From Antedon mediterranea (lineage: Eukaryota; Animalia; Echinodermata): a stretch of DNA of 64,000 nt. This document shows, in pieces, positions 1 to 15,438 of this stretch. Location: NCBI RefSeq assembly GCF_964355755.1, contig NC_092676.1, positions 7,913,888 through 7,977,887 of the forward strand. The letters are read 5' to 3'. Positions within the stretch are counted from its first letter, which is position 1. Each line of letters begins with the position of its first letter. Made by a program: the position numbers and the translations under genes. Under the pieces are notes generated by a model. It was not told the origin of the DNA. It ran no database searches and was given only the letters and a program-made list of their open reading frames with translations.

Positions 1-1998
1 CAACTTAATGACCCAACATCCATAGCGAATGCGTTTAACACATACTTTATAAATATAGGTGACCAAATGACAGGTGATGATAACCGTAATAGTAACACCG
101 AATATAAAATACAACATGACATTTTGAATTCAATGTTTTTTAGAGCTGTATCCGAGTCCGATATCATTAAATACATTAATGACTTAAATGTAAATAAGTC
201 AAGTGGTTGTGATGACATTGGTACCATTTATATAAAAAATAACTCAGATATACTGGCTAAACCGTTATCTCATATAATCAATGTATCCCTTCAATCGGGT
301 GTATTTCCTTGTCAACTAAAAATTGCTAAAACAATTCCTGTGTATAAAAAAGGAGCAAGGGAGAACATAGAAAATTATAGACCGATATCGATATTACCAT
401 GTATATCTAAGGTATTTGAAAGGGTCGTATATGACCAAACAATCGCTTTTTTGTGTAAATATGATATGTTACATGAATCTCAATATGGATTCAGGGCAGG
501 TCATTCAACTAACCACGCCCTCCTACAAGTCCTTGATAAAATAACAACAGCCGTTGACAACAAGCAATTTATGATTGGCGTATTTTTGGATTTATCCAAG
601 GCGTTCGATTCGATAGATCATGAATTATTGCTCACAAAATTGCCCCATTATGGAATAAGAGGCGTGGTTCTTGATTGGTACCGAAGCTACCTTAGAGAAA
701 GACAACAATTCGTACAAATTGGGAAGTGTCAGTCTGTAACCAAAATAATAAAACAAGGCGTTCCACAAGGGTCAATCCTTGGACCCCTGCTGTTTTTGAT
801 TTTCATAAATGACATGTTTTCTGTAAGTAATGTCGTTGATTTAATAATGTTTGCAGATGATACGAATATGTTTTTACAACACAATGATATCGTCACTGCC
901 TTTACAATAATGACAAATGAACTAAATAAATTAAATTAGATTAACTATTAATACAACCAAGACTACGTATATGTTATTTAGTGGAAAGAATACCAACATT
1001 GACACATCCCAATTTGTACTTTCTATAAATAGAGTTTCAATAGATAGAGTACCATATACTAAATTTCTCGGTGTCGTCATTGATGAGAAACTGAACTTTA
1101 GACACCATACAAATGCAGTTTCTTGTAAAGCATCCTCAATAATTGGTGCCATGTGTCATATAAAAAAATTAGTATCTACTGAAGTGTTACTTACCATATA
1201 CAAGACACTTATATTACCAGTGTTGACATATGGTATTATAGTATGGGGTGCGGGGAACAAAGACAATTTGGATCGCCTTCTATTGCTTCAGAAAAAAGCT
1301 CTTAGGATCATTTGTAAGGTAGACTTTCATCATCCCTCTTCTCAGCTCTTTGTGAAAACGGGCACATTTAATATATTTGATTTGTATAAAAACAGTGTTT
1401 TAAATTTTATGTTTAAATACCAAAAAGGACAACTTCCAAAATGTTTTAATTCTTTATTCAGTTTATTTGATAATTATCATACATATAACACTCGAAATAA
1501 AGACAATTATTGTATAAAATTAAAATCAACTAATATGGGTCAGCAAAGTATAGCATATAGAGGACCTAAGCTATGGAATCAACTTATAAGAAATATAAGA
1601 GAGAGTGAAAATATATCAATATTTAAAAAACTATTACTAAATAAATGCATTAATAGTTACCGTACAAAGAAACAATATATCTATGCGAAAACAACATTTG
1701 TAAAATATGTCTAACTTTAACTTAATTAATTACATTTTCGTATATATTCTGAGACTGATGTATATATATATATGTTATATTATAGTACGTTGTATTTTCC
1801 TTCATTTATTTACTACATGAAAACATTTTTTGTAATATATTTGTAAATTTATATTTTAAGTTAGGGTGCCACAGATTAAAAGCTTTGCTTGCTTGTGGTT
1901 ATCCTGTTTTTCACACTTTATTGTACTTAATCTTTTATTTATATTTTTAAGAGTGTTGTGTGAAAAATAAAAGAATCAATCAATCAAAAAAAAAAAAA
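1..1998 (+). mobile_element. CR1-group (CR1/L2/Crack-like) non-LTR retrotransposon: 3' part of ORF2 (reverse transcriptase), 3'UTR and tail; frameshifted
   Basis: ORF 67-939 has RT motifs NYRPISILP, QYGFR, FLDLSKAFD, GVPQGSILGP, FADDT. ORF 971-1714 continues the C-terminus (KFLGVVIDEKL, LQKKALRII, YRGPKLWN) after a deletion/frameshift near 936. Ends AATAAA, (AATC)n, then poly(A) at 1986-1998. 5' part is outside the window. Confidence 0.92.
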
Positions 1999-2672
1999 TA
2001 TGTCGGTCGGTCGGTCGGTCTGTCTGTCGGTCCGGTATCACTATGCGTTTTATCGCTTTCTGATCTTGATATCAGTTTAATCTAGCTAAGTCAATTTTTC
2101 ACAGTATATTCCTTATGGCCAGGAATCGATGTGGTTATGTTTCCACGTTGCGCAATAAAAAATTACGCGGTCTACGCACGATTTAACGAAATCACGTTTG
2201 TAATCATATCTTCACAACCATGAATCACAATTAAATAAAATTTGGTACTTTATAAATTTCAGGGCATAAATCATCATATGGCAATACAATTACGTGCGTA
2301 GCGCATGTAACGCATGAGTACGCGCGCTTAAAATTTTCAAAATTTATTTTCGATGAAATAAGAGTACGTTTCAGGCAATTTTTAGCATTTACAAAATTGC
2401 CATGAGTGCGCAGATTTTTGCGCGCGCACTGCACGTTAAATGTTATTGCGCACTCTTTTTGCCCGATTTCTGTTTTCTTGATTTACTTTTCAACTTGAAA
2501 TTACGTTATACGAGCACGTCAAAAGTGACAGGCTACGCACGTGTAAATTAAAAAAATATAACTGTTTTTAAACATTTCAACAATTTTAAACATGTTCAGT
2601 AATTTCGGTCAGTTGGTAGGTTGGTCGGTCGGTCGGTAAACACTAGACTGCAGCCATCTATATGGCCTTGTT
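1999..2672 (+). mobile_element. Non-autonomous Helentron/DINE-1-like element, 5' end cut by the LINE
   Basis: Starts with a (GTCG)n/(GTCT)n microsatellite and ends with a short hairpin gccat-ctat-atggc followed by cttgtt. Shares internal motifs (tacgagcacgtc, tacgcgcg..aaaatttcaaaat) with the element at 27757-29363. Confidence 0.55.
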
Positions 2673-3634
2673 CTGTCATAGGAAGATATTATCAAAGGTT
2701 TTAAAATATAATTTCTGATGTCATCTGTAGATTTTAACCGATTTCTGGGTTGAAACTACAACGTGGCCGGTACAGGCTCAGCTCTAACTCTGATATGTTT
2801 TTAGTAATGGTACAATAAGTGATTAATATTATTATAAATTATTCTTAAAAACAATACTCAATTATTCATTTTAAGTTGAGTCTAATAATAATAATGTATA
2901 CAGTAATATTGTTTATTAAAGTATATTGTACTTGCAACTCATTTTTGTTATATTATAGGCCTACTATGATTTGTTGACAAAAAAATTAGTTCAGTCTATA
3001 AAAAAAATCACTTTGAAAAATTAGAAAAAAAGATTTAAAATGTATATAATTTGAAAGAAATAAATGTTGTTTTGAATTGAATTGAATAAAATGACTTTAG
3101 AATGATCGCAAGCAGTAGTAGTAAGCCTATTTGTTTGTTTTCGCCATCTTAATTTAGCTTTTTGTTAGTAGTGATGATGACGAGAAAGATGTACAGAAGC
3201 ATGACGGGACGGGACGGAAAATATTTACATATTTTAAAAGTATATACTTTAAAAACTAATGATTGTCTTTTTATTAAATAAGTCTACTGGTGAACAAACC
3301 CAACAAAAAATACTGAAATAGTATGTATTTACATAATCATATCATCAACACTAATACTGAAAATTACTAAAAAAATTAATAATCCAACCACTCTCTCACT
3401 CCCCCAGCTCACTATCCCTCCCCGTCCTACTCTCTCAGCTCCCCAGCTAACTAAAGCTAGGGCTATACACAGTAAGTACCTACTCACCGATTGACTTTAA
3501 CATGGGTACGTATTTCTCCTTCCAAAAGTAAGGTTGCGCATTTGAAGTTTGCGAAACCAAGATCGGCGAGGAATTGCATGAGGGGAATTAATGGGATAAT
3601 ATGGAAGACACTTTTTTGTTGGACGGGAAAGGTT

Positions 3635-3920
3635 AGAATTAGATCATTCTATTACCACTAAAAGTGGTTTATTTCTAAGGTGTAGTCTAGTTTTCAGTAA
3701 ACAATTTTAGATTTTCTGGTGGTATATACAGGCCATTGTTGTCTACACATAATATCATACACACAATTACAGTATAAAGAAATGGCAATTCATCCAGTTG
3801 ATTTTACAACCAGACCATTTTAGTAAATTATTTATTATTAAATATTTTCAGTGATTTATTTAATAATTTGCTTGCTTCTTGTACTTATCTAGCATATTAC
3901 ATCCATGTAATAAACAAATA
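3635..3920 (-). repeat. Inverted copy of the AT-rich segment also present at ~5730-5890 and ~10720-11040
   Basis: Reverse complement of 3800-3920 matches ttattacataatgtaatatgctaaataagtacaagaagcaagcaaattatt...; 3635-3675 matches tttagtggtaatagaataatctaattctaac. Confidence 0.75.
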
Positions 3921-4539
3921 AATCTAATTTCAAATTACTTAGTATTAATTTATTTGTGATAGTGGTGATAAAAACATTTGCAAATTTGAAAAAAAAACAA
4001 AAACAATTACAATTTAAATATAGGTCTGTAGCTCTTACTTAATAAACCTGGTATAATAATAATTATTATAGTGTGTGTTGTGAATGTAAAGTACAAATAA
4101 CTCATTAAAACAAAAATAACTTTTTTTTGTAAAGTGACCATCACCTGTCTCTGTTTTCCCATATGTCATCACCCTGTTGTGAGAATGGCCCTACTACCAC
4201 AAGGACATTATTAATAATATTTATTAATAATTATTATTAGTTTACATATGGTAGTTTCGAAAAAGCAATATCAAATTGAAAAGAATACCAGAAACATGTT
4301 TTCCGACACAATATTTTCTTCCACACAACTCAATAAGAACATACAGCCTGGTATATTTATTTATTTGATATTAACATTTGTTTCCACTAATTTGCATTTA
4401 GATATTATATAAGAGTATATTAAAGAGAAGTAGCAACATTTTTATTCAATGAGTTTTTTGTACTCCTATTTTTTTTTTCAGATTTTATTAACACCCCTAA
4501 ATTATACTGCAGATTAATAAAGATCAAATTAAATATACG

Positions 4540-5345
4540 CCATAAAGCATCCAAGTATTGTGGGGAATAGTTATATAGAATTACATGGATACGACTTTTT
4601 GTTTGAAATCGAGTGAAACCCCCATAGCCGAGTTAAGACCCTGGGATACTTCTGCCCATGTTGCAAGCCGTCTAAAGCTCCAGTAGTCCCACTTTCGGTT
4701 TTTTTTCTTCTGTCTTCCAAAGGGACACTGTATTGATTGATGGAAAGTGCCTGTTTCCAGTCACCTTTAGGGTCAAATCTATTATTTTAACTGTTCTCTT
4801 GTATATAAAAGTTCTACTGGATGTCCTATTATTAATGAAACTGACGCCGTTTTTTACACCAGTAGCCAATCCGATGGGCAGGAATTTGGCTTGGTAGGGA
4901 TCAACGTCTGAATATTATAGCAGTATAGTTCACTATATATCTTTTGATTATAGATACCTGAAACAACTTTAGTTCGGAGTTGAATGGAATACAAAGATTA
5001 TAAAGTGTTTTTAAAGTCATAATCAATCATATAAATTATATATTAAAATATAGATAAACAGGTTGTTTATTAATCTCATTGGGGATACTAGTGACCTATG
5101 GGGCCGGGTACTGTACAGTCACAGGACAATTAACATTCTTGGTTTGGTGACCAGTGAATACACTTGCTTTTAGCACCAGTTCAGTTAAAATCAGAATACC
5201 AAAATTAAAATTCTATGTCCTCTACTTCCAGTTCCTTTATTAGATCATGGTATGCTCCATGGGATTTTCGCCGCTGTATCCATGCTTTTACGTTTCTTTT
5301 GCAATCGTTTTTTCTTCTGTTTGCGTTTATTTAGTTCTCTTACCA
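4540..5345 (-). pseudogene. Highly degraded PIF/Harbinger (HARBI1/DDE_Tnp_4-like) transposase remnant
   Basis: Manual minus-strand translation across frameshifts gives, in the expected order, AWIQRRKSHGAYHDLIKELEVED (~5285-5215), LATG (~4870), GALDG (~4680) and GFHSI (~4620). These resemble Harbinger motifs W..RR...GAY..L..EL..ED, LRFLATG, GA.DGKH and NYKGFHSI. Confidence 0.55.
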
Positions 5346-6334
5346 TATACAAAATTATCAAAACTTTCGAAAGTACTAGGCCTACACTAAATCCATTTTA
5401 ATTTAATATCACAATTTAATTCTAAATGATAAATGAACAGTTATTTACAATTTATCAAGCATTTTTTACCACTTTTCATAGCAATTACAGGATTTTATTT
5501 GATTCTAAATGTTACCATATGATTAAAAAAAAAATAAACGTATCCCTCGAATAAACACATCCCTCAAATTAACTCCGCCTCCCCACCTCCGGAGAGGGCC
5601 CTACCAAACATTAAACACTATACTTTAATATGTTATTAATCATCTAAGACACGACGTCTGTGAAACAGAGTAGGTTTAGTTTTACGAATATCAAGCATTT
5701 CAATAATGGTAATCGACAGAAAACAAATTTTATTACATAATGTAATATGCTAAATAAGTACAAGAAGCAAGCAAATTATTAAAGAAATCACTGAAAATAT
5801 TTAATAATAAATAATACTAAATCACCAACAAATTCTAAAATTGTTAGAAATAAGCCCCCTTTAGTGGTAATAGAATAATCTAATTCTAACCATTAAAACT
5901 GATGAACAAACAAGAAAATTATACATTGAAAAAGAAAAAAAAGGTATATAAATTGTATATTAATGGATTAATAGATTTAAAGTTAGTAGATAAAATAAAA
6001 CAGAAAAGCTAACAATTATAAAACTCACTACAACAAAACAGGCTTAAATTAAGAAGAAATTAATCTTTTGAAATTGTTTATTTGGGGAAAGCTAAACTAA
6101 CTTTTTTGTGTTTATCACTTTCGTTCCAAATTTTGGTTCCACGGTAAGAAAAACACATTATCTGTATGATTGCCAATGAACTTTAAAACCCCTAATTACT
6201 TGACAAATGTGAAATTGGCAGGGAATGTCTAAAAATCTATATTGTATTGTAGTTACTAGCAATTTATTTGAAAAGAAGTCTTCTCATTAGTTTGCAAAGT
6301 ATAGAAATATCTTCAAATTTCCACAATGCCACAA

Positions 6335-6450
6335 CATTCATATGGTGCCTCTCCAGTGTGCATTCTCATTCTTTTCAAAATTCCACTTGTCACAAGTGGG
6401 AATTTGAAAACGCATTTGAGAATACACACAGGAGAGGCACCATATGAATG
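6335..6450. repeat. Fold-back (inverted duplication) of one C2H2 ZF repeat unit, ~56-bp arms; copy 1
   Basis: Left arm cattcatatggtgcctctccagtgtgcattctca...ccacttgt (6335-6390), 1-nt spacer, right arm acaagtggg...ggagaggcaccatatgaatg (6392-6450). The outer 20 bp pair perfectly. Confidence 0.9.
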
Positions 6451-6532
6451 CATATTAAAAAGTTTGACGGCACCCATTTCCTTAGCGGAAGCTCGAATAT
6501 GGTGGAAAATCAGGAACTTTTGAACTAGTGGG

Positions 6533-6806
6533 TCGAGGCAGACGGATACGAATATTAGGTGAAAGAAAAGTGAATTCCTTATGGAGGGGGTGGTCTGTTT
6601 GGGAGAGTATACGTTTTACCAAGGAGAGAACACCTACATCATAGTTGAAATTAAGTACGGACACATCAACTCCAACAACCTGCCTGGCCCTTCTGGTAAT
6701 TTTATTTAATAGTTCCTTATCTTTTTCATATAAAAAAGCCTCCAAGATAATTCTACAAAAAGATACTAAGACACTTTTGTATCAAAGAAGCCAATCACAG
6801 TAAGTA
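6533..6806 (-). mobile_element. Rex1/Babar-like LINE RT C-terminal fragment, internally deleted, abutting the ZF stop codon
   Basis: ORF 6482-6745 contains KITRRARQVVG...RILSQTDHPLHKEFTFLSPNIRIRLPR; paralogous to 12150-12488. Confidence 0.7.
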
Positions 6807-8427
<1,621 letters not shown>

Positions 8428-10270
8428 TCATATGGTGTCTCTTGTGTGTGTTCTCAAATGTTTTTTCAAATTTCCACCGTCTTTGAATTTCTTTCCACAA
8501 TGTTCACATTCATATGGTGTCTCTCCTGTATGTATTCTCAAATGCATGTTCAAACTCCCACTTGTTTTAAATTTCTTCCCACAATGTTCACATTCATATG
8601 GTGCCTCTCCTGTATGTGTTCTCAAATGTTTTTTCAAATCCCCTCTATGGTTAAATTTCTTCCCACAATGTTCACATTCATATGGTGTCTCTCCTGTATG
8701 TATTCTCAAATGCATGTTCAAATTCCCACTTGTTTTAAATTTCTTCCCACAATGTTCACATTCATATGGTGTCTCTCCTGTATGTATTCTCAAATGCTCG
8801 TTCAAATTCCCACTTGTTTTAAATTTCTTCCCACAATGTTCACATTCATATGGTGCCTCTCCTGTGTGTATTCTCAAATGCATGTTCAAATTCCCACTTC
8901 GGTTAAATTTCTTCCCACAATGTTCACATTCATATGGTGTCTCTCCTGTGTGTATTCTCAAATGCATTTTCAAACTAGAACTTTCTTTAAATTTCTTCCC
9001 ACAAAGTTCACATTCATATGGTGTCTCTCCTGTGTGTACTCTCAAGTGCGTTTTCAAACTCCCACTTGTTTTAAATTTCTTCCAACAATTTTCACATTCA
9101 TATGGTGTCTCTCCTGTGTGTACTCTCAAATGCGTTTTCAAACTACAACTTGTTTTAAATTTCTTCCCACAATGTTCACATTCATATGGTGTCTCTCCTG
9201 TGTGTACTCTCAAGTGCTTTTTCAAATTCCCACTTATTTTAAATTTCTTCCCACAATGTTCACATTCATATGGTGTCTCTCCTGTGTGTACTCTCAAATG
9301 TACGTTCAATTTCCCACTTCGGTTAAATTTCTTCCCACAATGTTCACATTCATATGTCATCTCTCCCGTGTGTACTCTTAAGTGCTTTTTCAAATTCCCA
9401 CTCTGTTTAAATTTCTTCCCACAATGTTCACATTCATATGGTGTCTCTCCCGTGTGTACTCTCAAGTGCTTTTTTAAATCCCCACTTGTTTTAAATTTCT
9501 TCTCACAATGTTCACATTCACATGGTGTCTCTCCTGTGTGTATTCTCAAATGCGTTTTGAAATGCCCACTATGGTTAAATTTCTTCCCACAATGTTCACA
9601 TTCATATGGTCTCTCTCCTGTGTGTAATCTCAAGTGCGTTTTCAAATTCCAATTTGTTTTAAATTTCTTCCCACAATGTTCACATTCATATGGTGTCTCT
9701 CCTGTGTGTACTCTCAAATGTATGTTCAATTTCCCACTTCGGCTAAATTTCTTCCCACAATGTTCACATTCATATGTCATCTCTCCCGTGTGTACTCTTA
9801 AGTGCTTTTTCAAATTCCCACTCTGTTTAAATTTCTTCCCACAATGTTCACATTCATATGGTGTCTCTCCCGTGTGTACTCTCAAGTGCTTTTTTAAATC
9901 CCCACTTGTTTTAAATTTCTTCCCACAATGTTCACATTCACATGGTGTCTCTCCTGTGTGTATTCTCAAATGCGTTTTGAAATGCCCACTCTGGTTAAAT
10001 TTCTTTCCACAATGTTCACATTCATAAGGTGCCTCTCCTGTATGTATTCTCACATTATTCCCACAATGTTCAGTTTCGTCTTCATCTATATCTACATCAC
10101 TCAGTTGTGTTTTAAAATCATCTTCATATAATGGTGTCTCCTGGTAGTGTTCACATTTTAACTTGTCTGTCTGTGTATGTATTCCTAAATGTTTCTTCAA
10201 ATCACTGAACTCAAATTTATCTCCACAATGTTCACATTTATATTTCATGATGTTGGTTTTTCGTTTATTC
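8428..10270 (-). CDS. Tandem C2H2 (Kruppel-type) zinc-finger protein exon, copy 1, ~19 intact fingers
   Basis: 620-aa ORF with repeated [10 protein letters not shown]-x-H-x3-HTGE(T/A)P. Acceptor ttgtag at 10271-10272; first in-frame ATG near 10248. A frameshift near 8440 closes the ORF. No KRAB, SET or ZAD domain visible. Confidence 0.85.
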
Positions 10271-10399
10271 CTACAAATTGTGACAATCAATGAATAAAGA
10301 TAAAATAAAGATTACTAAAATTAGAATTTGAATAGAATATTTGTAGTTTTAATAAAGTTTAAAAAAAATTAATGTTTTCACTTATAAAATGACAAAATA

Positions 10400-10565
10400 A
10401 TTGGTTAAATTCAACCAAAAACCCATTGGCTGGCAGCCAATTTGAAAATTTTTTGCTTTAAATTACAGTTTTTTAGGTAAAAACATTTGTTTCAGATCCA
10501 ACTTTTGGTGACATAAAATGGCATATTAAAAAAAAGAATAATTATGTTTTCAGGGGGACAATATA
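10400..10565. repeat. Interspersed repeat, also present at ~62510-62590 plus ~63533-63615 where it is split by a MITE
   Basis: Shared gttaaattcaaccaaaaa...tttttaggtaaa...tccaa(c/t)ttttgg...aaaatggcata...tttcagggggacaat. Confidence 0.6.
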
Positions 10566-11583
10566 TCTATAAATTAATCTGGCCAATTACTAAAAAAAAA
10601 AAATAAATAAATAAAAAAATTGCATTTTACCTTGAATTTAAATGCATTTGTGAGAAAATAAATGGAGGATAGTAATACCCTTTTTCATAAATAGCTTATT
10701 GTTTAAGCAAAAAACATTTATTTGTTTATTACATAATGTAATATGCTAAATAAGTACAAGAAGCAAGCAAATTATTGAAAAAATCACTGAAAATATTTAA
10801 TAATAAATAATACTAAATGGTCTGGTTGTAAAATCAACTAGAAATCACTGGACGAGAGAAGCCCTTGATCAATGTCAGGACCAATCAAGGTGCTTTAAAC
10901 AGTCCTGGCTTTGTTTGTATCAAACCTGTTAGTGGCGGTAATTATCGCTGTTGGTTTCGATTGAATAAAATAAAATTTAAAAAAATTAAATTGTTAGAAA
11001 TAAACCCTCTTTAGTGGTAATAGAATAATCTAATTTTAACCATTAAAAAGTCACTAAACATAAATTACCCTTGATATACAGTAATGGTACAACCAACCAT
11101 TAAAAAAAATCTTAGTTTTGTAGATCTTAGTTTTCTAGACACCCTTCCATGAGGCCGTATGAAAGAAATAAAACTACTATACATTATCACAGTTTATCAA
11201 ACTGATGAACAAACAAGAAAATTATACATTGAAAAAGAAAAAAAAGGTATATAAATTGTATATTAATGGATTAATAGATTTAAAGTTAGTAGATAAAATA
11301 AAACAGAAAAGCTAACAATTATAAAACTCAGGCTTAAATTAAGAAGAAATTAATCTTTTGAAATTGTTTATTTGGGGAAAGCTAAACTAACTTTTGTGTT
11401 TATCAATTTCGTTCCAAATTTTGGCTCCACAGTAAGAAAAACACATGTGTATGATTGCCAATGAACTTTAAAACCCCTAATTACTTGACAAATGTGAAAT
11501 TGGCAGGGAATGTCTAAAAATCTATATTGTATTGTAGTTACTAGCAATTTATTTGAAAAGAAGTCTTCTCCACAATGTCACAA

Positions 11584-11699
11584 CATTCATATGGTGCCTC
11601 TCCTGTGTGCATTCTCATTCTTTTCAAATTTCCACTTGTCACAAGTGGGAATTTGAAAAAGCATTTGAGAATACACACAGGAGAAGCACCATATGAATG
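11584..11699. repeat. Fold-back of one C2H2 ZF repeat unit; copy 2
   Basis: cattcatatggtgcctctcctgtgtg...ccacttgt-c-acaagtggga...ggagaagcaccatatgaatg; paralog of 6335-6450. Confidence 0.9.
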
Positions 11700-12039
11700 C
11701 ATATTAAAAAGTTTGACGGCACCCATTTCCTTAGCGGAAGCTCGGATGTGGTGGAAAACCAGGAACTTTTGAACTAGTGGGTCGATTTCTTTTTGTCTAA
11801 AAAGATTTAATAAGATCAAAACAAATTCTATTTTTATATAAAAATTAAAAATAAATTTTCTAAATATTAGCGCCGGACTTTAAAGTTTATGTAGCTAATT
11901 TAGTTTTATTTGCAGCGTAAATTATGCAAAAATCCCGATTTTGATTGATCAAGCTTTAAAATTTTGCATCACAACTCCGCTGTTCCTGGAGTGATTTTCT
12001 TTGACCAAAAACTTTTAGCAAGCTTCCTCTTATATACAC

Positions 12040-12488
12040 TGCAGAGATAGTAACAAATATACATACAAAATACAAATCAATATAAAATCACATATAAAAT
12101 ATCAAAAAGTCAAAAAGTCTACGATCCAGGTGTTTTCTCCGTGAGTTAGCGTTGGACAAATTTGATGACAATAGATTGTGGGACAAATGATTTATTGTAG
12201 CGTTTAGTACGGCTTCGAGGCAGACGGATATGAATATTAGATGGAAGAAAAGTGTATTCCTTATGGAGGGGGTTATCGGTTTGGGAGAGTATACGTTTTA
12301 CCAAGGAGAGAACACCTGCATCATAGTTGAAATTAGGTACGGATACATCAACTCCAATAACACGCCTGGCTCTTCTGGTAATTTTATTTAATAGTTACTT
12401 ATCTTTTTCATATAAACAAGCCTCCAAGATAATTCTACAAAAAGATACTAAGACACTTTTGTATGAAAGAAGCCAATCACAGTAAGTA
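12040..12488 (-). mobile_element. Rex1/Babar-like LINE 3' fragment abutting the stop of ZF array 2
   Basis: Minus translation TDNPLHKEYTFLPSNIHIRLPRSRTKRYNKSFVPQSI matches the HPL..F..LPS..R....RT.R...SF.P RT C-terminus. Left boundary is approximate. Confidence 0.7.
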
Positions 12489-14691
<2,203 letters not shown>

Positions 14692-15438
14692 CTACAAATT
14701 GTGACAATGTAATAACTATATAATGTATTTACAGATTGTCATACTGTATTATTATTATTATTATTATTGTTATTATTATTATTATTATTTTGCATAACAA
14801 GCACGTACACAATGTGAACAGTTGACAATAAAAAAATAACAAATCAACCAACAAAACAATGAGATATAGGATAACGTGTGGCTGGTTGATCCTCTCAGGT
14901 TCGCTATTTGTATTGACGCGTTCCGACTTCAATAGACACGTTTCGCGCTCGCGACCAATCAGAAATAGTGGGTATAGATTTGTAAACAAACCGAACACCT
15001 CTCGCCTAGTGCGTGTTGAAGCATAGCGAAATGGCGACTGCCGAGTGCTTTTGTTGCAAGGTGCATCATAAATGTTGTATATGTTGGATAAATCGTGAAT
15101 TTAACTACACAAAATCACTGAATAATATTCCTGTTTTTAATTTTCAAACACTTGCTGAGTGGTTTGCGTCGGCTCCGAAGGATAGTGGCGCAAAATCTTG
15201 GAAATTTTTCAAGGAAAGGTACGTCCACGATGTGCTCGTGTCTCTCCGCCCGCCCGGTGGCGTTGCCTGATGCGGTACTTCGTCTACTAGGCCTAGGAGG
15301 CTTGGGTGTCTGTTTAAGCACCGAAGAACATCACATAATACATGGAAGATGCAATAGGAGCATGAAGAAGAATGAAAGATAATAATTAATATATTTACGC
15401 AACATTTGTAAATAAAATCAACAGTTAACATGTATTAA

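Noticed and set aside
8428-10270. PRDM9 ortholog
   Set aside because: No PR/SET, KRAB or SSXRD exons found; only the mode of array evolution is similar.
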